NCBI GenBank assembly: GCA_963833575.1
Contig: CAWHXY010000007.1
Location: forward strand, 480,001-544,000
Origin: Candidatus Bathyarchaeota archaeon
GTDB lineage: Archaea; Thermoproteota; Bathyarchaeia; Bathyarchaeales; Bathycorpusculaceae
Direction of reading: 5' to 3'
DNA: 64,000 bases
Shown: positions 21,259 to 31,686 of the stretch, piece by piece
Layout of the letters: each line of letters opens with the position of its first letter
Numbering within the stretch: position 1 is the stretch's first letter
The notes under the pieces: generated by a model
The model's input: only the letters and a program-made list of their open reading frames with translations
Database searches by the model: none
What the model was told of the DNA's origin: nothing
Position numbers and translations under genes: made by a program

Positions 21259-22467
21259 TTGAAGGCGCAAAATTCAGTGACAATCCATTTATTGTTCATC
21301 GGCGACCTATTCATACATAAAAACGACTTTCTTCCGTTTCTCAACAATCACGGATATGACGTAACCGTCGTAGAAACCTCCACTGTCTATACTCCTCCCA
21401 AGAGAATAGCTGGGACAGAAATCGAAGTAGAAAACTTGTATAATTCACGTTTAGCTCGGAGGCTTTTTCGTGGAAATGTTGGTTGGTTTACAAAAGCCGG
21501 AGTATATACTTTGTTTGGTTCGACAAGGCTTTTCAGTAATAGGGTTCAGAAAATCATAAAACAAAAAGACATAGACATTATTTACGGTAGCTGGGGCAGT
21601 CCAGATCTTCCTGAAATGCGAATGGTGCAGGAACTTGGATTACCAGTTGTATATGAATTTTTGGCATATCCATATTTCGAACGCTTTTTTCTAGAAAAAG
21701 TTGAGAACGCTTTCAATAATCGTACAATATGTAGGCTTGATGGTAGAATAGTCCCTACGGAAAGAATGTTGAATTATCTAAAAAGCACTTTTAGTATACG
21801 CTATGGTGAGAATATTGTTTTTCCGGAATTGTATAGCGAACAATGCTTTTATCGAAAAAGATTGCCTCGCTTATCCGATTCCGATTGTGAACCACACATC
21901 ATTTTCTTAGGCATATCCTCATATGGAAGTGAAATTTCTTCACAGTTTGAAGAGATTTTGCGAAGGCGGATACATGTTCATGTATGTGAAACAAGTGATT
22001 ATGCGAAAATGTTACGAAAGTCCAAGTATAATGGCTTCTTTCACACATTTAGAGAATTTGATGAAGCCGAATTATATTGTGGCTCTTTTGCCACTTTCAT
22101 GACACAATTTGATGCCTGTTTGGTTACGTATAATTCTAGTAAAGGGACGACCCTGAATAGAATTTATAACAGTGTTCCGAACAGGTTTTCGTTCGCTTTT
22201 ACAGGAGGAATCCCAATCATTATGCCATACGGATATCTGCTGGGTTGCGAAGAAATAGTTGACAAAAATCAAACTGGGTTTACTTATAGAAACTATGATG
22301 ATTTGAAAGAGAAGCTTTCAAATATAGACCTGATGGCGTATTATCGCAATAATGCAATTAGAAACAAGAAAATATATACTCTGGAAAATAACTTCGAAAA
22401 AATTGATGGGTTTCTGAAGAAATGCCTTGAACATCATAAACAGGGAACAACAATTTCTGCACGTTAG
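21259..22467 (+). CDS. Putative GT-B glycosyltransferase
   Basis: FDACLV...SVPNRFSxAxxGGIPII...IVxKxQTG resembles the GT4 C-terminal motif; context. Confidence 0.6.
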   Translation: MKAQNSVTIHLLFIGDLFIHKNDFLPFLNNHGYDVTVVETSTVYTPPKRIAGTEIEVENLYNSRLARRLFRGNVGWFTKAGVYTLFGSTRLFSNRVQKIIKQKDIDIIYGSWGSPDLPEMRMVQELGLPVVYEFLAYPYFERFFLEKVENAFNNRTICRLDGRIVPTERMLNYLKSTFSIRYGENIVFPELYSEQCFYRKRLPRLSDSDCEPHIIFLGISSYGSEISSQFEEILRRRIHVHVCETSDYAKMLRKSKYNGFFHTFREFDEAELYCGSFATFMTQFDACLVTYNSSKGTTLNRIYNSVPNRFSFAFTGGIPIIMPYGYLLGCEEIVDKNQTGFTYRNYDDLKEKLSNIDLMAYYRNNAIRNKKIYTLENNFEKIDGFLKKCLEHHKQGTTISAR

Positions 22468-22561
22468 TAGCTATTAGTAGATAATGGACTATTATGATAA
22501 ATTCCTCGATATGCTTTCTAGAAATGCTGAAGGATTAGGATTAAACACTTGGTAGGTTATA

Positions 22562-23602
22562 TTGCATTCCGAAATCCAGTTTTGTTGTCCAAAATGTAAG
22601 GGTCCTTTGATAAAAGAAGATAACTGCTTCATATGCACTACTTGTCATGTTGAAGGGAGAGTTCGGGAGGGTATTCCTTCATTTGCCAGTGGTGAGTTTT
22701 ATTGGAATCAGATATCAAAAGAAAATATGGCTAGATTGCTCAAGGTTGCCACAGAGAATGGGTGGCGAGTGGCATTGGAAAAGATACTACGTCCGTTGAC
22801 AGATAAATACACTTTTAATTATGCCGTTAATGAGAGCAGAGCTGATTGGCATTTAATGCTCCCCATAAAAGCAGACGCTAAGATCCTTGATTTAGGTTGC
22901 GGATGGGGACCAGTAACGGTGATGCTTGCCCGTCACTACAAAACTGTAGTCGGCGCAGACACTACGATTGAAACCTTGAAGTTCTTAAGAATTAGAGCAC
23001 AACAAGAAGAAATAGAAAATATTCAATTAGCTCATATAGATCCAATTGATTATGGAACTTTACCATTCCAAGATTCTCAGTTTGATTTGGCAGTAATGAA
23101 CGGCATACTGGAATGGGTCGGTGCTGCGCGCACAGATGTACAGCCCCAGGTCTGTCAAAAGGTTGCACTAAGCGAAATTAGGCGCGTGCTAAAGCCTATG
23201 GGTATGATATATATTGGTATTGAGAACCGATTCAGCTTGAGCAACTTTCTGGGGTATGTTAGCCATAGCAAAGTACCTTTCGCCGACATTTTACCTAGGC
23301 GATTTGCCAATTTATGGTGCAAAATGATGGGCAAAGAGGATGGGTATCGTACCTATATCTACTCAAGTCTTGGTTACAAAAAGTTACTTTCGCAATCTGG
23401 TTTTGAGAATTTTCAATTGCTTTTACCTTTCCCTTCTTATCGAGATCCTTTCATTATATTCCCTGTCCAAAAAAATATGCTTAGATATTATGTAGACCAC
23501 TCTTTTAGTTCACTGCCAAAAAGACAATTGGCTCGTTCATTTCCTCAAATAGTCAAGTTTCTTGCAACTGACTACAGCATCACGGCGGAAGCAAGAAAAT
23601 GA
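22562..23602 (+). CDS. Class I SAM methyltransferase with N-terminal Trm112-like zinc ribbon
   Basis: CPKC..CTTC; ILDLGCGWG; LPFQDSQFD; NGILEW; RVLKP. Confidence 0.9.
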   Translation: MHSEIQFCCPKCKGPLIKEDNCFICTTCHVEGRVREGIPSFASGEFYWNQISKENMARLLKVATENGWRVALEKILRPLTDKYTFNYAVNESRADWHLMLPIKADAKILDLGCGWGPVTVMLARHYKTVVGADTTIETLKFLRIRAQQEEIENIQLAHIDPIDYGTLPFQDSQFDLAVMNGILEWVGAARTDVQPQVCQKVALSEIRRVLKPMGMIYIGIENRFSLSNFLGYVSHSKVPFADILPRRFANLWCKMMGKEDGYRTYIYSSLGYKKLLSQSGFENFQLLLPFPSYRDPFIIFPVQKNMLRYYVDHSFSSLPKRQLARSFPQIVKFLATDYSITAEARK

Positions 23603-24612
23603 TAGAAAAGTTGAAAGAATTGATATTAGAGCAATATGCTGTTCTGGGAATAGAAAAGAATGCAAAAATATCTATAATGAAAGCAGGAGGGAGCAACGCA
23701 ACTTATGCTTCCGCCCCTTTTCTAGTTTTCATAAATGATGATGATTTCCCAATTCTTTTTGTAAGAGTCCCACGAGTATTTGCATACACCGAGAAAATAT
23801 ACAACGAATTTAGTAATTTGTCATACTTTTATGAAACTGTCAGAAGCCCAGAACTCAAAAAAACTATGCCTCTTCCTTTAATGTTATCAAGAGATGAACA
23901 TTTTCCTGTTCTGATAGAAAGTGCCTTGGCCGGCAAATCAATGTCCTTAGACCTACAAGAGAAGAGAATGCCATACAATTTCAAAATTGCCATTGATTGG
24001 TTGATAAGTTTTCACAAAGAAACTGAAAGCTTACGAACAACGATTGGCGACGCTTCACTTACGAAATATTTGATCGCAATAACTGATTGTTTCTTGTCGC
24101 AACTTGATAAAACAGACTTAACGTTCTTTAACGATTTTTTTAGGAACTTATTTGTTGAAATTGATAGTTTTAAAGGTGAAGAAATTCCGATAGCCAGCAT
24201 TCATGGGGACTTTAACCCATTCAACATCCTGATAATTAGAGACAATAAACTGAGCATAATCGATTGGGAGGATTCATTAATGAATTCCTTGCCTTTCTTT
24301 GACTTATATCACCTGTTAGTTGTGAGTTCCTTTAGTATGCTCCGCGACAAAGGAACAAAAGAAGAGCGGTTTAATGAACGGTTTATCAAGCAGAATTGGT
24401 TCAAGGATTTGGCTGATAAATGTATTGTAAATTATTGTAGTAGAATGAGCATTAACGTCGATTTGGCGCGTTTATTTATTCCCTTATATTTAGCTTCATT
24501 GGTAAATAAACAAATGGAACAACAAAGAAAGGACAAAGCATTCTTTTTGATTTGGAAGGCCATGTTACGAAAATATGTGCAGCAAGAATGCCCACAAAAA
24601 TTAACCAATTAG
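23599..24612 (+). CDS. APH/choline kinase-like phosphotransferase
   Basis: HGDFNPFNI and IIDWE motifs; ATGA overlap with the upstream methyltransferase. Confidence 0.88.
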   Translation: MIEKLKELILEQYAVLGIEKNAKISIMKAGGSNATYASAPFLVFINDDDFPILFVRVPRVFAYTEKIYNEFSNLSYFYETVRSPELKKTMPLPLMLSRDEHFPVLIESALAGKSMSLDLQEKRMPYNFKIAIDWLISFHKETESLRTTIGDASLTKYLIAITDCFLSQLDKTDLTFFNDFFRNLFVEIDSFKGEEIPIASIHGDFNPFNILIIRDNKLSIIDWEDSLMNSLPFFDLYHLLVVSSFSMLRDKGTKEERFNERFIKQNWFKDLADKCIVNYCSRMSINVDLARLFIPLYLASLVNKQMEQQRKDKAFFLIWKAMLRKYVQQECPQKLTN

Positions 24613-24899
24613 GAAGCGGCACAGCAAATTTTAATATTAAACACTTCAATTAAAAAATCGCAATAGTTTGGGCTGCGGATAATTCTTGGTCGCAACGCAC
24701 GCCAAAAATCAAGAAAATGAAAAACTGACACAAAAAAGCCGAAGTCCTTACAGCGAATACACAGTTCAGCAACTCGGAAAATTCGCGCGCTCGACTTTTT
24801 TCCATCCTTTACCCTAAGTATTCGAACTCGAACAAGCTTAAACAGCAATATGCTAATCAAGCGCGCGATAGGGTTGCTACGACTAAGGAGTAATCAAAA

Positions 24900-25685
24900 A
24901 TGGAAACATTTGATAAATCTGCTATATTCTTTGTGGTATTAGCTAGAACGCGAGAGGGTGTTGCAGAAAAGGCATTTGAATTAAGAAGGCTTGGCGTGCC
25001 ATTTATTGTTTTTTGCGGCGAAAAAATGAGTTATCCAGAAGTGATTTATAGACAGAAAAAAGGTAAATTTGACGCCATAAATTTTGCAGCCAAATTTATT
25101 GACAAAAATGTTAAAATTGTCTGTTTGAATGATGTAGATACTAAATTATTTAATTTTGAAAAAGCTCTTGAGGTAATGCGCGATAGGAAGGCTGGTTTAG
25201 TTTTCTGTAAAGTAAAGGTTGATTCTGGGCCTCAGGTACATTTTTACTCTTTAATGGATGGAATAAGACGATACTTTCCAGTTACATCGAGCGGAGAACT
25301 TATGTTAATTCGAAAAGAAGTGTTCGATAGGATTTTACCTATTCCTCCTTGCAAAACTGAAGATAATTATGTTTCATTGAAAGTTGCAGAGCTTGGTTAC
25401 CGCGTTTCTTTTTGTGAAGATTGTTGGGTAGAAACGAAAAGAACACAGACCTTGGAAGAAGAATCACAATATAAAACCAGAACTGTCACTGGCCTTTATC
25501 AGGCTCTTTCCTTTACTAAAGGTTCTCCTTTGGTTCGTGCTTTTTATTTAGGCCTTCCATTTATTGCTCCGCTTTTGCTGCTTCAAGGTAAACGAGGCGG
25601 AGCTTGGGTGAAGGGCATAATTCAAGGGTATGCAAATTTTCTTGCTGGCGACAAGATAGGCGCATTTGAGAAAATTGCTGGTTAA
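24900..25685 (+). CDS. GT2 glycosyltransferase
   Basis: KGKFDAIN, DVD, GELMLIRK, ED motifs. Confidence 0.8.
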   Translation: METFDKSAIFFVVLARTREGVAEKAFELRRLGVPFIVFCGEKMSYPEVIYRQKKGKFDAINFAAKFIDKNVKIVCLNDVDTKLFNFEKALEVMRDRKAGLVFCKVKVDSGPQVHFYSLMDGIRRYFPVTSSGELMLIRKEVFDRILPIPPCKTEDNYVSLKVAELGYRVSFCEDCWVETKRTQTLEEESQYKTRTVTGLYQALSFTKGSPLVRAFYLGLPFIAPLLLLQGKRGGAWVKGIIQGYANFLAGDKIGAFEKIAG

Positions 25686-25851
25686 TCAAAATAATAGTGA
25701 ACTGTTTTAGAGAGGTAGCTTTGTTTGAGATTTGAGTTGCCTTTTTGTTTGAATTATTGTAGTAGCGTTGAACGTTCAGGTAGAGCATTCGCTACAATAG
25801 TAGCGCGTTAGTTTAAGAATATGATAATTTTGTTATTTAGGGGTAGGTTAT

Positions 25852-27624
25852 CTGGAAAACGAATTTGAAAAACATGCAAGTTTTCTTTCGATTTTATCTA
25901 TCCTTCTTGCTACTCTAGGGGTTATTGTAGATGTATTTTTCTTAAGAAATGTTGAAAATGGGGCTCCAGTAATTCTTCTTTTTGCGGGTTCACTTACTCT
26001 TGCAGCAGGTAACGTTTTAGCTTTTCTAACGGTCACTTATCACAAAGCGCCTTTCTTCTTTGTCCTCTTTGTTACCACATTCTTTTTAGTTACGATATAC
26101 GACCTTAGATTCAGTGTCTTGCAGGGTACTGACATTAATTTTGAGTATGTATCGGCTAAGGTTACATTGGAAAATGGTTTTTGGTCCCTTTCAAGATCAG
26201 CGGTTGGGGAACAGTATTTTACTGCTGCTTCTGTTTCTTTGTTTCCCGCTATAGTTTCCAAGATAACTGGCATAGATTTGATGCCTATTTTTCAATGGAT
26301 TTTACGTGCGGTTTTGGCTATTCTTCCCTTTGCTATCTTTCAGACAGTTCAAGAAGTTTTTGATGACGTTAAGCTTTCTGCTCTCTCAGCTTTGATTTTC
26401 GCTCAATTTTACTTTACTTTTAACGATCTTAATTGGCTGATTCGTCAAGGGGTAGCTGAATTATTCCTTGTCCTGACAATTTATTCGCTGGTGAAAGTGT
26501 ACAAGGCTAAAAATCAACTAGCTTATTCAATCTTGACTGTTTTTTCTGTGCTAGGTTTGGTGGTTAGCCATTACACGATAGATTACTTTAGCATTATCAT
26601 ATTTGTAGGCATTTTCGTTTTGTGTGGTCTAATTAGTTATTTGCCTAAAAAGCTGTTGTCTTTTCTTAAATTTTCAAGTATTAGCGCGGAAAAGCAAGTT
26701 ATTGACAAGGTTTTTTTGATTTTTCTTATTTGTGTAAGTTTGTTTTGGATTTATTTTACGGATTTAATACCTTTTCTTACTGTGATTCATAATCAAATTT
26801 ATAATATTCGTAATTTAATTATCACTACTCCTGGTCAAGTTGCTTCGACTACACCTACGCCTTCTTGGTTTTTGAATAATCCTGCTGGACCAGTAGTAGG
26901 TTTTTGGCTTGACTTTACTCTTGTTTTAATTCCTTTGGGTTTTTTGTTTTTGTTTTTTAAATCTACCAAGCGACCGGTGCAAATGCCTTGGATATGGGGC
27001 GGATTGATTAGTGTTGTTATGGTGGGGGTGTGGGTTTTGGCTGGAACAGCTGTTCTTGCGGTTTTTGTTGATAGAGTGATTCTTTTTGGCTTTCCTTTCT
27101 TTTGTTCTTTTATAGCAGTGAGTATGTTGCTTTTTAATAAAAAATTACTTCTAAATAAAAAACGTGCGGTGCGTATTTTTGCGGTTGTCTTTCTGATTAT
27201 GTTTTTGATGATTAATCTTCCTCTGAATATGATTATTCCTGACTATACACGATACGTTTTGTATCAGCCGAGAGACAGTGTTAACCCAGCTGTTGCCATA
27301 AAGCAAGGAATTATTGGAGTAAACGAATATACGGCGTCCATTTGGCTAGATCAACATGGTTCTGAAAATGTAACCTATTGGACAGATTGGAGCAACGATT
27401 GGTTTTATGCAGCTTGGGATATAACAATTAGTGGGAATGAAAAAGGACCAATTAATAGTACAGACACCTATTTCCTGCTTAATCATTATAATTTACAATT
27501 TGGTATGTGGAGAGTAGTTTCAGGTTCGACCCTATATTTTCCAATTAACGACTTGCTAGGAAATAGTAGTGTCTTTTATAACAACGGAGATTCAGCGTTT
27601 ATAGCTAAATTAGGTAGCGGCTAG
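25852..27624 (+). CDS. Polytopic membrane protein (DUF2206-like / GT-C-like), probably starting at CTG 25852
   Basis: More than 10 TM helices, RQGVAE and SHY motifs; frame open and hydrophobic upstream of 26119 back to a stop at 25825. Confidence 0.75.
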   Translation: MENEFEKHASFLSILSILLATLGVIVDVFFLRNVENGAPVILLFAGSLTLAAGNVLAFLTVTYHKAPFFFVLFVTTFFLVTIYDLRFSVLQGTDINFEYVSAKVTLENGFWSLSRSAVGEQYFTAASVSLFPAIVSKITGIDLMPIFQWILRAVLAILPFAIFQTVQEVFDDVKLSALSALIFAQFYFTFNDLNWLIRQGVAELFLVLTIYSLVKVYKAKNQLAYSILTVFSVLGLVVSHYTIDYFSIIIFVGIFVLCGLISYLPKKLLSFLKFSSISAEKQVIDKVFLIFLICVSLFWIYFTDLIPFLTVIHNQIYNIRNLIITTPGQVASTTPTPSWFLNNPAGPVVGFWLDFTLVLIPLGFLFLFFKSTKRPVQMPWIWGGLISVVMVGVWVLAGTAVLAVFVDRVILFGFPFFCSFIAVSMLLFNKKLLLNKKRAVRIFAVVFLIMFLMINLPLNMIIPDYTRYVLYQPRDSVNPAVAIKQGIIGVNEYTASIWLDQHGSENVTYWTDWSNDWFYAAWDITISGNEKGPINSTDTYFLLNHYNLQFGMWRVVSGSTLYFPINDLLGNSSVFYNNGDSAFIAKLGSG

Positions 27625-27636
27625 GAGGCGAGCGGG

Positions 27637-27843
27637 TTGCTTAATCTATCCCTGATTATCGGATGCCTATTCTTAATATTCCTAACCTGCTTTTTTATAA
27701 ATACTTTATCACGATCTACCTCAGTCCTAAAAAGACTCATTAGTACAGAAATAACCCAATTTCTCACTGCATTATTAGGTTTAATTTTTGTTGGATTTGT
27801 TATGTATGCGATGGTAGTCAAGTTTTTTATTTTAGGTTTCTAA
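27637..27843 (+). CDS. Small two-TM membrane protein
   Basis: 68 aa, two hydrophobic segments, SD ggagg upstream, operonic position. Confidence 0.6.
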   Translation: MLNLSLIIGCLFLIFLTCFFINTLSRSTSVLKRLISTEITQFLTALLGLIFVGFVMYAMVVKFFILGF

Positions 27844-27876
27844 TATAAATGCAAAAACTCTAATGTGTGGTCTAAA

Positions 27877-29022
27877 ATGCGAATTGCCATGATTCTTGAC
27901 AAACCACTTTTCTTTGGAGGAGGTGAGAATCACGCATATGAAATTTCTAAACAATTAGTAAAGTTGGGACATGAAATTGATTTCATTCAACTGTTTGGCT
28001 ATCCAATGAAACGCTCTCTTCGCAAAAATGAAGAACTAAAGCCTTTACCATGGATTCAAGCTCCAAAATCTGAATATTTAAGTGCAGTTTATTTTCGACT
28101 GATATGGTTATACGGCTATTGCGTTATACCCTTTGTTTACAGAGAGATTCGCAAAGGCCAATACGACATTTTACATATTCATGGCTTTGGCAGTTCTTGC
28201 AGTTTAATCGCAGCGTATTTAGCCAAATCAAATTCAAGCAAAATAATATGCACATTGCATAATGATACAGGACGCCATATTGATCGTAAAATAATCAAGC
28301 GACTTTCATCATCGGTAAACGCCTTTATCGCAGTCAGTAAATCGATGCAGATTAAGTGGATGGATGCTTACGGTCAAGAACCTTATTTAATACACAACGG
28401 TGTTGATGTTAATCGTTTTAGTCCAACTGTGGATGGCTCTAAGATCAGGCTCGGGTTAGGACTAAGAAACAAATTTGTTATACTTAATATTTCACGATTG
28501 GCGAATCAAAAAGGTTTAGAATACCTTATTGCGGCCGCAACGCAACTTAAAGAAAAAAATCTCGATTTTACTATCTTAATTTGTGGAACTGGTGAAAAAG
28601 AAGACTATTTGAAAAAGTTAACGAAAGAGCTTCACTTGGAGGATTGTGTGCGATTTTTGGGTTATGTATCTTCTTTAGACGTCCCTGAGTTTTATGCTGC
28701 TTGTGATTTGTTTATTATTCCCTCCGTTTTTGAGGTTTTCAGTTTAACACTCCTCGAAGCCCTTAGTTCAGGGAAACAAGTTATAAGCACCATTGGTGGC
28801 ACACCCAAAGAAGCGATCCCAGAATTAGAAAATGTTTGCGATGTTAAAATAATTGAGTCACGAGATTCCATTGAAATCGCGAATGCAATACTAGAGTGTT
28901 ATAACAATAGAAAAGTAGACAATTCGAACAAAAAAGCTATTATCCGACATGAATATGTAATGAAGAACTATTCTTGGCAAAATATTGCTAAAGAAACTGA
29001 AGAAGTTTATTTATCTAGTTAA
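27877..29022 (+). CDS. GT4 glycosyltransferase
   Basis: GGGE, HNGVD, KGLEYLI, PSxFEVFSLTLLEALSSGK. Confidence 0.92.
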   Translation: MRIAMILDKPLFFGGGENHAYEISKQLVKLGHEIDFIQLFGYPMKRSLRKNEELKPLPWIQAPKSEYLSAVYFRLIWLYGYCVIPFVYREIRKGQYDILHIHGFGSSCSLIAAYLAKSNSSKIICTLHNDTGRHIDRKIIKRLSSSVNAFIAVSKSMQIKWMDAYGQEPYLIHNGVDVNRFSPTVDGSKIRLGLGLRNKFVILNISRLANQKGLEYLIAAATQLKEKNLDFTILICGTGEKEDYLKKLTKELHLEDCVRFLGYVSSLDVPEFYAACDLFIIPSVFEVFSLTLLEALSSGKQVISTIGGTPKEAIPELENVCDVKIIESRDSIEIANAILECYNNRKVDNSNKKAIIRHEYVMKNYSWQNIAKETEEVYLSS

Positions 29023-29587
29023 ATTCATAGAAAATATAACATTGAGAATTCTTGTATTTCTTAATCACGACCTAGGATTATGCGGGATACTTTGCCCTGC
29101 CGACTCGAGCGCGCGCGTTGAAGAAAGGTATTCAAACTTTAAGGCTCGCTCTCCTGTTGAGTATATTTAATGCAATCCTCTTTATTGTGATTGATATGAG
29201 CAGAATCAAGAGTGAGTTCAAAAGGCTCATCTTGGAAATATCGTTATATAAGAGTTAAGGCAAAGTCATAATTGCAAAATATCTACTATTAAAACTGGAG
29301 TTAATAGCCAGTTTACCCCTAAATCAGAGAGTAGCTTAGCCCTTAATTTTCTGTTAAAGGGCATTTCTTCAATGTTTGGGATTCCTTTCGTTCTCCTGCC
29401 CTAATAACATTGAGTAGGGTGCTATGTCTGACAAATCTGCTGGCACGTAGTTTTCAGGCTTCCTAGCCTTAAGGAAAACTTCTGGGATGTGCAAGATCTT
29501 TTTCGAGAGTTAAAACCTCAAAATCTTTGAACATCATCGATATATCCTAAATCTCGTATTTCCAAGTTAAGAATAGAGGATGAAGAA

Positions 29588-30199
29588 TTGAAGCTAAGAC
29601 AACATCCAAAAATATATGAATTCGGTGATAATCCGGGTGTAGTATTTTGTTTAAAGCCAGCTTGCAAAGTTGAGGTTGGGAAAGGTTCTTATTCCTCAAG
29701 ATTAATCCCGATTACCATTTTCTCTTCAGAGGAACAAAAACTTACCATAGGAAAATATGTCTCAATATCGGGTGGCGTTAAAATAATAATGGCGGGTGGG
29801 CACAACCCTAGTCTTTTATCAACTTATCCTTTCAAGGAATTAATGAGTAAAGAAGAGATTGCAACACAAAAATATGGATATATAACAATAGGTAACGATG
29901 TTTGGATAGGTCAAGATGTCGCTTTAATCGGAGGTTGCACTATAGGCGATGGTGTTGTTGTTGGCGCTGAAAGTTTAGTTACCTCAAAGCAGCATCTTGA
30001 AGATTACGGCGTTTATGGTGGCAATCCGGCAAAGCTGTTAAGATACAGATTTTCAGAACAAATAATAAAAGAACTTGTTGAGTTGAAATGGTGGAACTTA
30101 AGCGAAAAAATCATTAAGGAAAACATGGAACTTTTCTATTTAAAGAACATTCAGGAAGCTATAACTAAATTAAAAACGATTAAACATCTCGAATTATGA
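29588..30199 (+). CDS. Hexapeptide-repeat O-acetyltransferase (CatB/Vat-like), likely acting on sugars
   Basis: IGKYVSI, STYPF, IGNDVWIG, GGNPAKLLRYRF, KWWN. Confidence 0.88.
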   Translation: MKLRQHPKIYEFGDNPGVVFCLKPACKVEVGKGSYSSRLIPITIFSSEEQKLTIGKYVSISGGVKIIMAGGHNPSLLSTYPFKELMSKEEIATQKYGYITIGNDVWIGQDVALIGGCTIGDGVVVGAESLVTSKQHLEDYGVYGGNPAKLLRYRFSEQIIKELVELKWWNLSEKIIKENMELFYLKNIQEAITKLKTIKHLEL

Positions 30200-30334
30200 A
30201 TCATTTTTTTCTTAGCGCGCCGCGCGAAAAAGTCTATTAAATCTTTAGGCTTCAAATTAATTTTAGCTTTACCTCTTGTCTTATTCCATGCTTTTAAGAA
30301 TGATTGATGCCTAATTACGAACGGCTTATCGTCT

Positions 30335-31432
30335 TTAGAATTGCACGTGGTATTTCTCAATCGAAATTAATCTATTTTCATAGTTCTGATACACTTGCAT
30401 ATAATATTTTTTGGCAAACGAATCTGGCAAAAAACATAGTCCGATTGGTAATTTGAGCCTGATGAACTTATTGTATAAAATCTGAGGAGATATTTTTGCT
30501 TTTTCCCAATGTTTAAGCCGATTCACCCAAATATACTTAAAATTTCTAAAACTCCAAGTTAAGGCATGAAATCGCCCTGAAAAGACAGCGCGATTTCTTT
30601 TCGAGGCATAGTTGATCAGATCGTAAAAAGTTGAAAAAGCATGGACTAGCAGAGCTTTAGCCAAATCGTTTAAGTAATAATTAACATCGAACAAAATCAG
30701 TATTTTTGATCTTTCGCCATGAAACTCTTTAAAGCAGAGGTTGTCTCCAGTGGCGGCTTCGCCTATATGAAAAATCTTCGATTTTGAAACAGTTACAACT
30801 CGTTTACCTGCGAGCCAAGTTTTAATTGAAAGAAGATTATCATCATAGTAAAAAGTAATCTCGGGATTAAATAGACCCGATTGATTGACTATTTCCCTTC
30901 TACCAATCATTGCAGCTCCGCTGGTATAAGAGACCTCAAAAATAGGTGGTAATGACGTCGTGTTTTGGTAATCTTTGAAGAGCGAACGTTTAAAATAATA
31001 ATAATCGCTCAAAAGAAAACCTGCTGTTTGAATTACTTGACCATCGATTGAAAACACAAGACCTTGAGCTAAACCTATTGATTCATCATCTTCTAATGTT
31101 TGAACGAGATGAGTTAGCCATTCAGGATCTACTATTGTATCGCTGTTAAGAAAAACGATGTACTTGCCGATAGAATGTTTAAAGCCAACATTATTTCCTC
31201 CGCTAAAGCCTAAATTACTCTTGTTCCTAACGATTCTAAGTCGTTGGTTGTCTCCGAATAAACTCTCAATCATATTTAGACTGTTGTCCATTGATGCATT
31301 ATCAACTAGGATAATCTCAAAAATAGGGTATCTTGTTTGTAAAACTGAAAAAATGCACTTGCTTAGATAATCTTTCCCATTAAAATTCAAGATTATAATC
31401 GACACAAGGGGCAGTTTAGACTGAATTGACAA
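30335..31432 (-). CDS. GT2 glycosyltransferase (rhamnosyltransferase-like)
   Basis: IILNFNG, VDNASxD, NLGFSGGNN, FLNSD, SGAAM. Confidence 0.9.
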   Translation of the reverse strand: MSIQSKLPLVSIIILNFNGKDYLSKCIFSVLQTRYPIFEIILVDNASMDNSLNMIESLFGDNQRLRIVRNKSNLGFSGGNNVGFKHSIGKYIVFLNSDTIVDPEWLTHLVQTLEDDESIGLAQGLVFSIDGQVIQTAGFLLSDYYYFKRSLFKDYQNTTSLPPIFEVSYTSGAAMIGRREIVNQSGLFNPEITFYYDDNLLSIKTWLAGKRVVTVSKSKIFHIGEAATGDNLCFKEFHGERSKILILFDVNYYLNDLAKALLVHAFSTFYDLINYASKRNRAVFSGRFHALTWSFRNFKYIWVNRLKHWEKAKISPQILYNKFIRLKLPIGLCFLPDSFAKKYYMQVYQNYENRLISIEKYHVQF

Positions 31433-31686
31433 GATTTTGCTTCCTATCCAAGTTTATGCTCTCCCTTTTTCGTATTAGTACGCTCTAACCAACTTTCAAG
31501 TGCTTTTTCAATCAGCAAGCTTCATCGAGAGTTAAAAGAACTTTCTCAAATTCTTAAAGATATCTTCGCTTGCGGGGTATCTAACTATTATTTTGTAGAC
31601 CAAAAGCCATGAATAAAACCAAAAAGACCTGAAATATGTATCTCCGTTACAAAATAACAAGTGCCTCCTATAAGGTATGTTCGGCT

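Noticed and set aside
23599-24612. Aminoglycoside resistance kinase
   Set aside because: Only generic APH-fold motifs; coupled to a methyltransferase in a glycan locus.
29588-30199. Antibiotic resistance gene (catB/vat)
   Set aside because: The same fold includes sugar O-acetyltransferases, and the context is a glycan locus.
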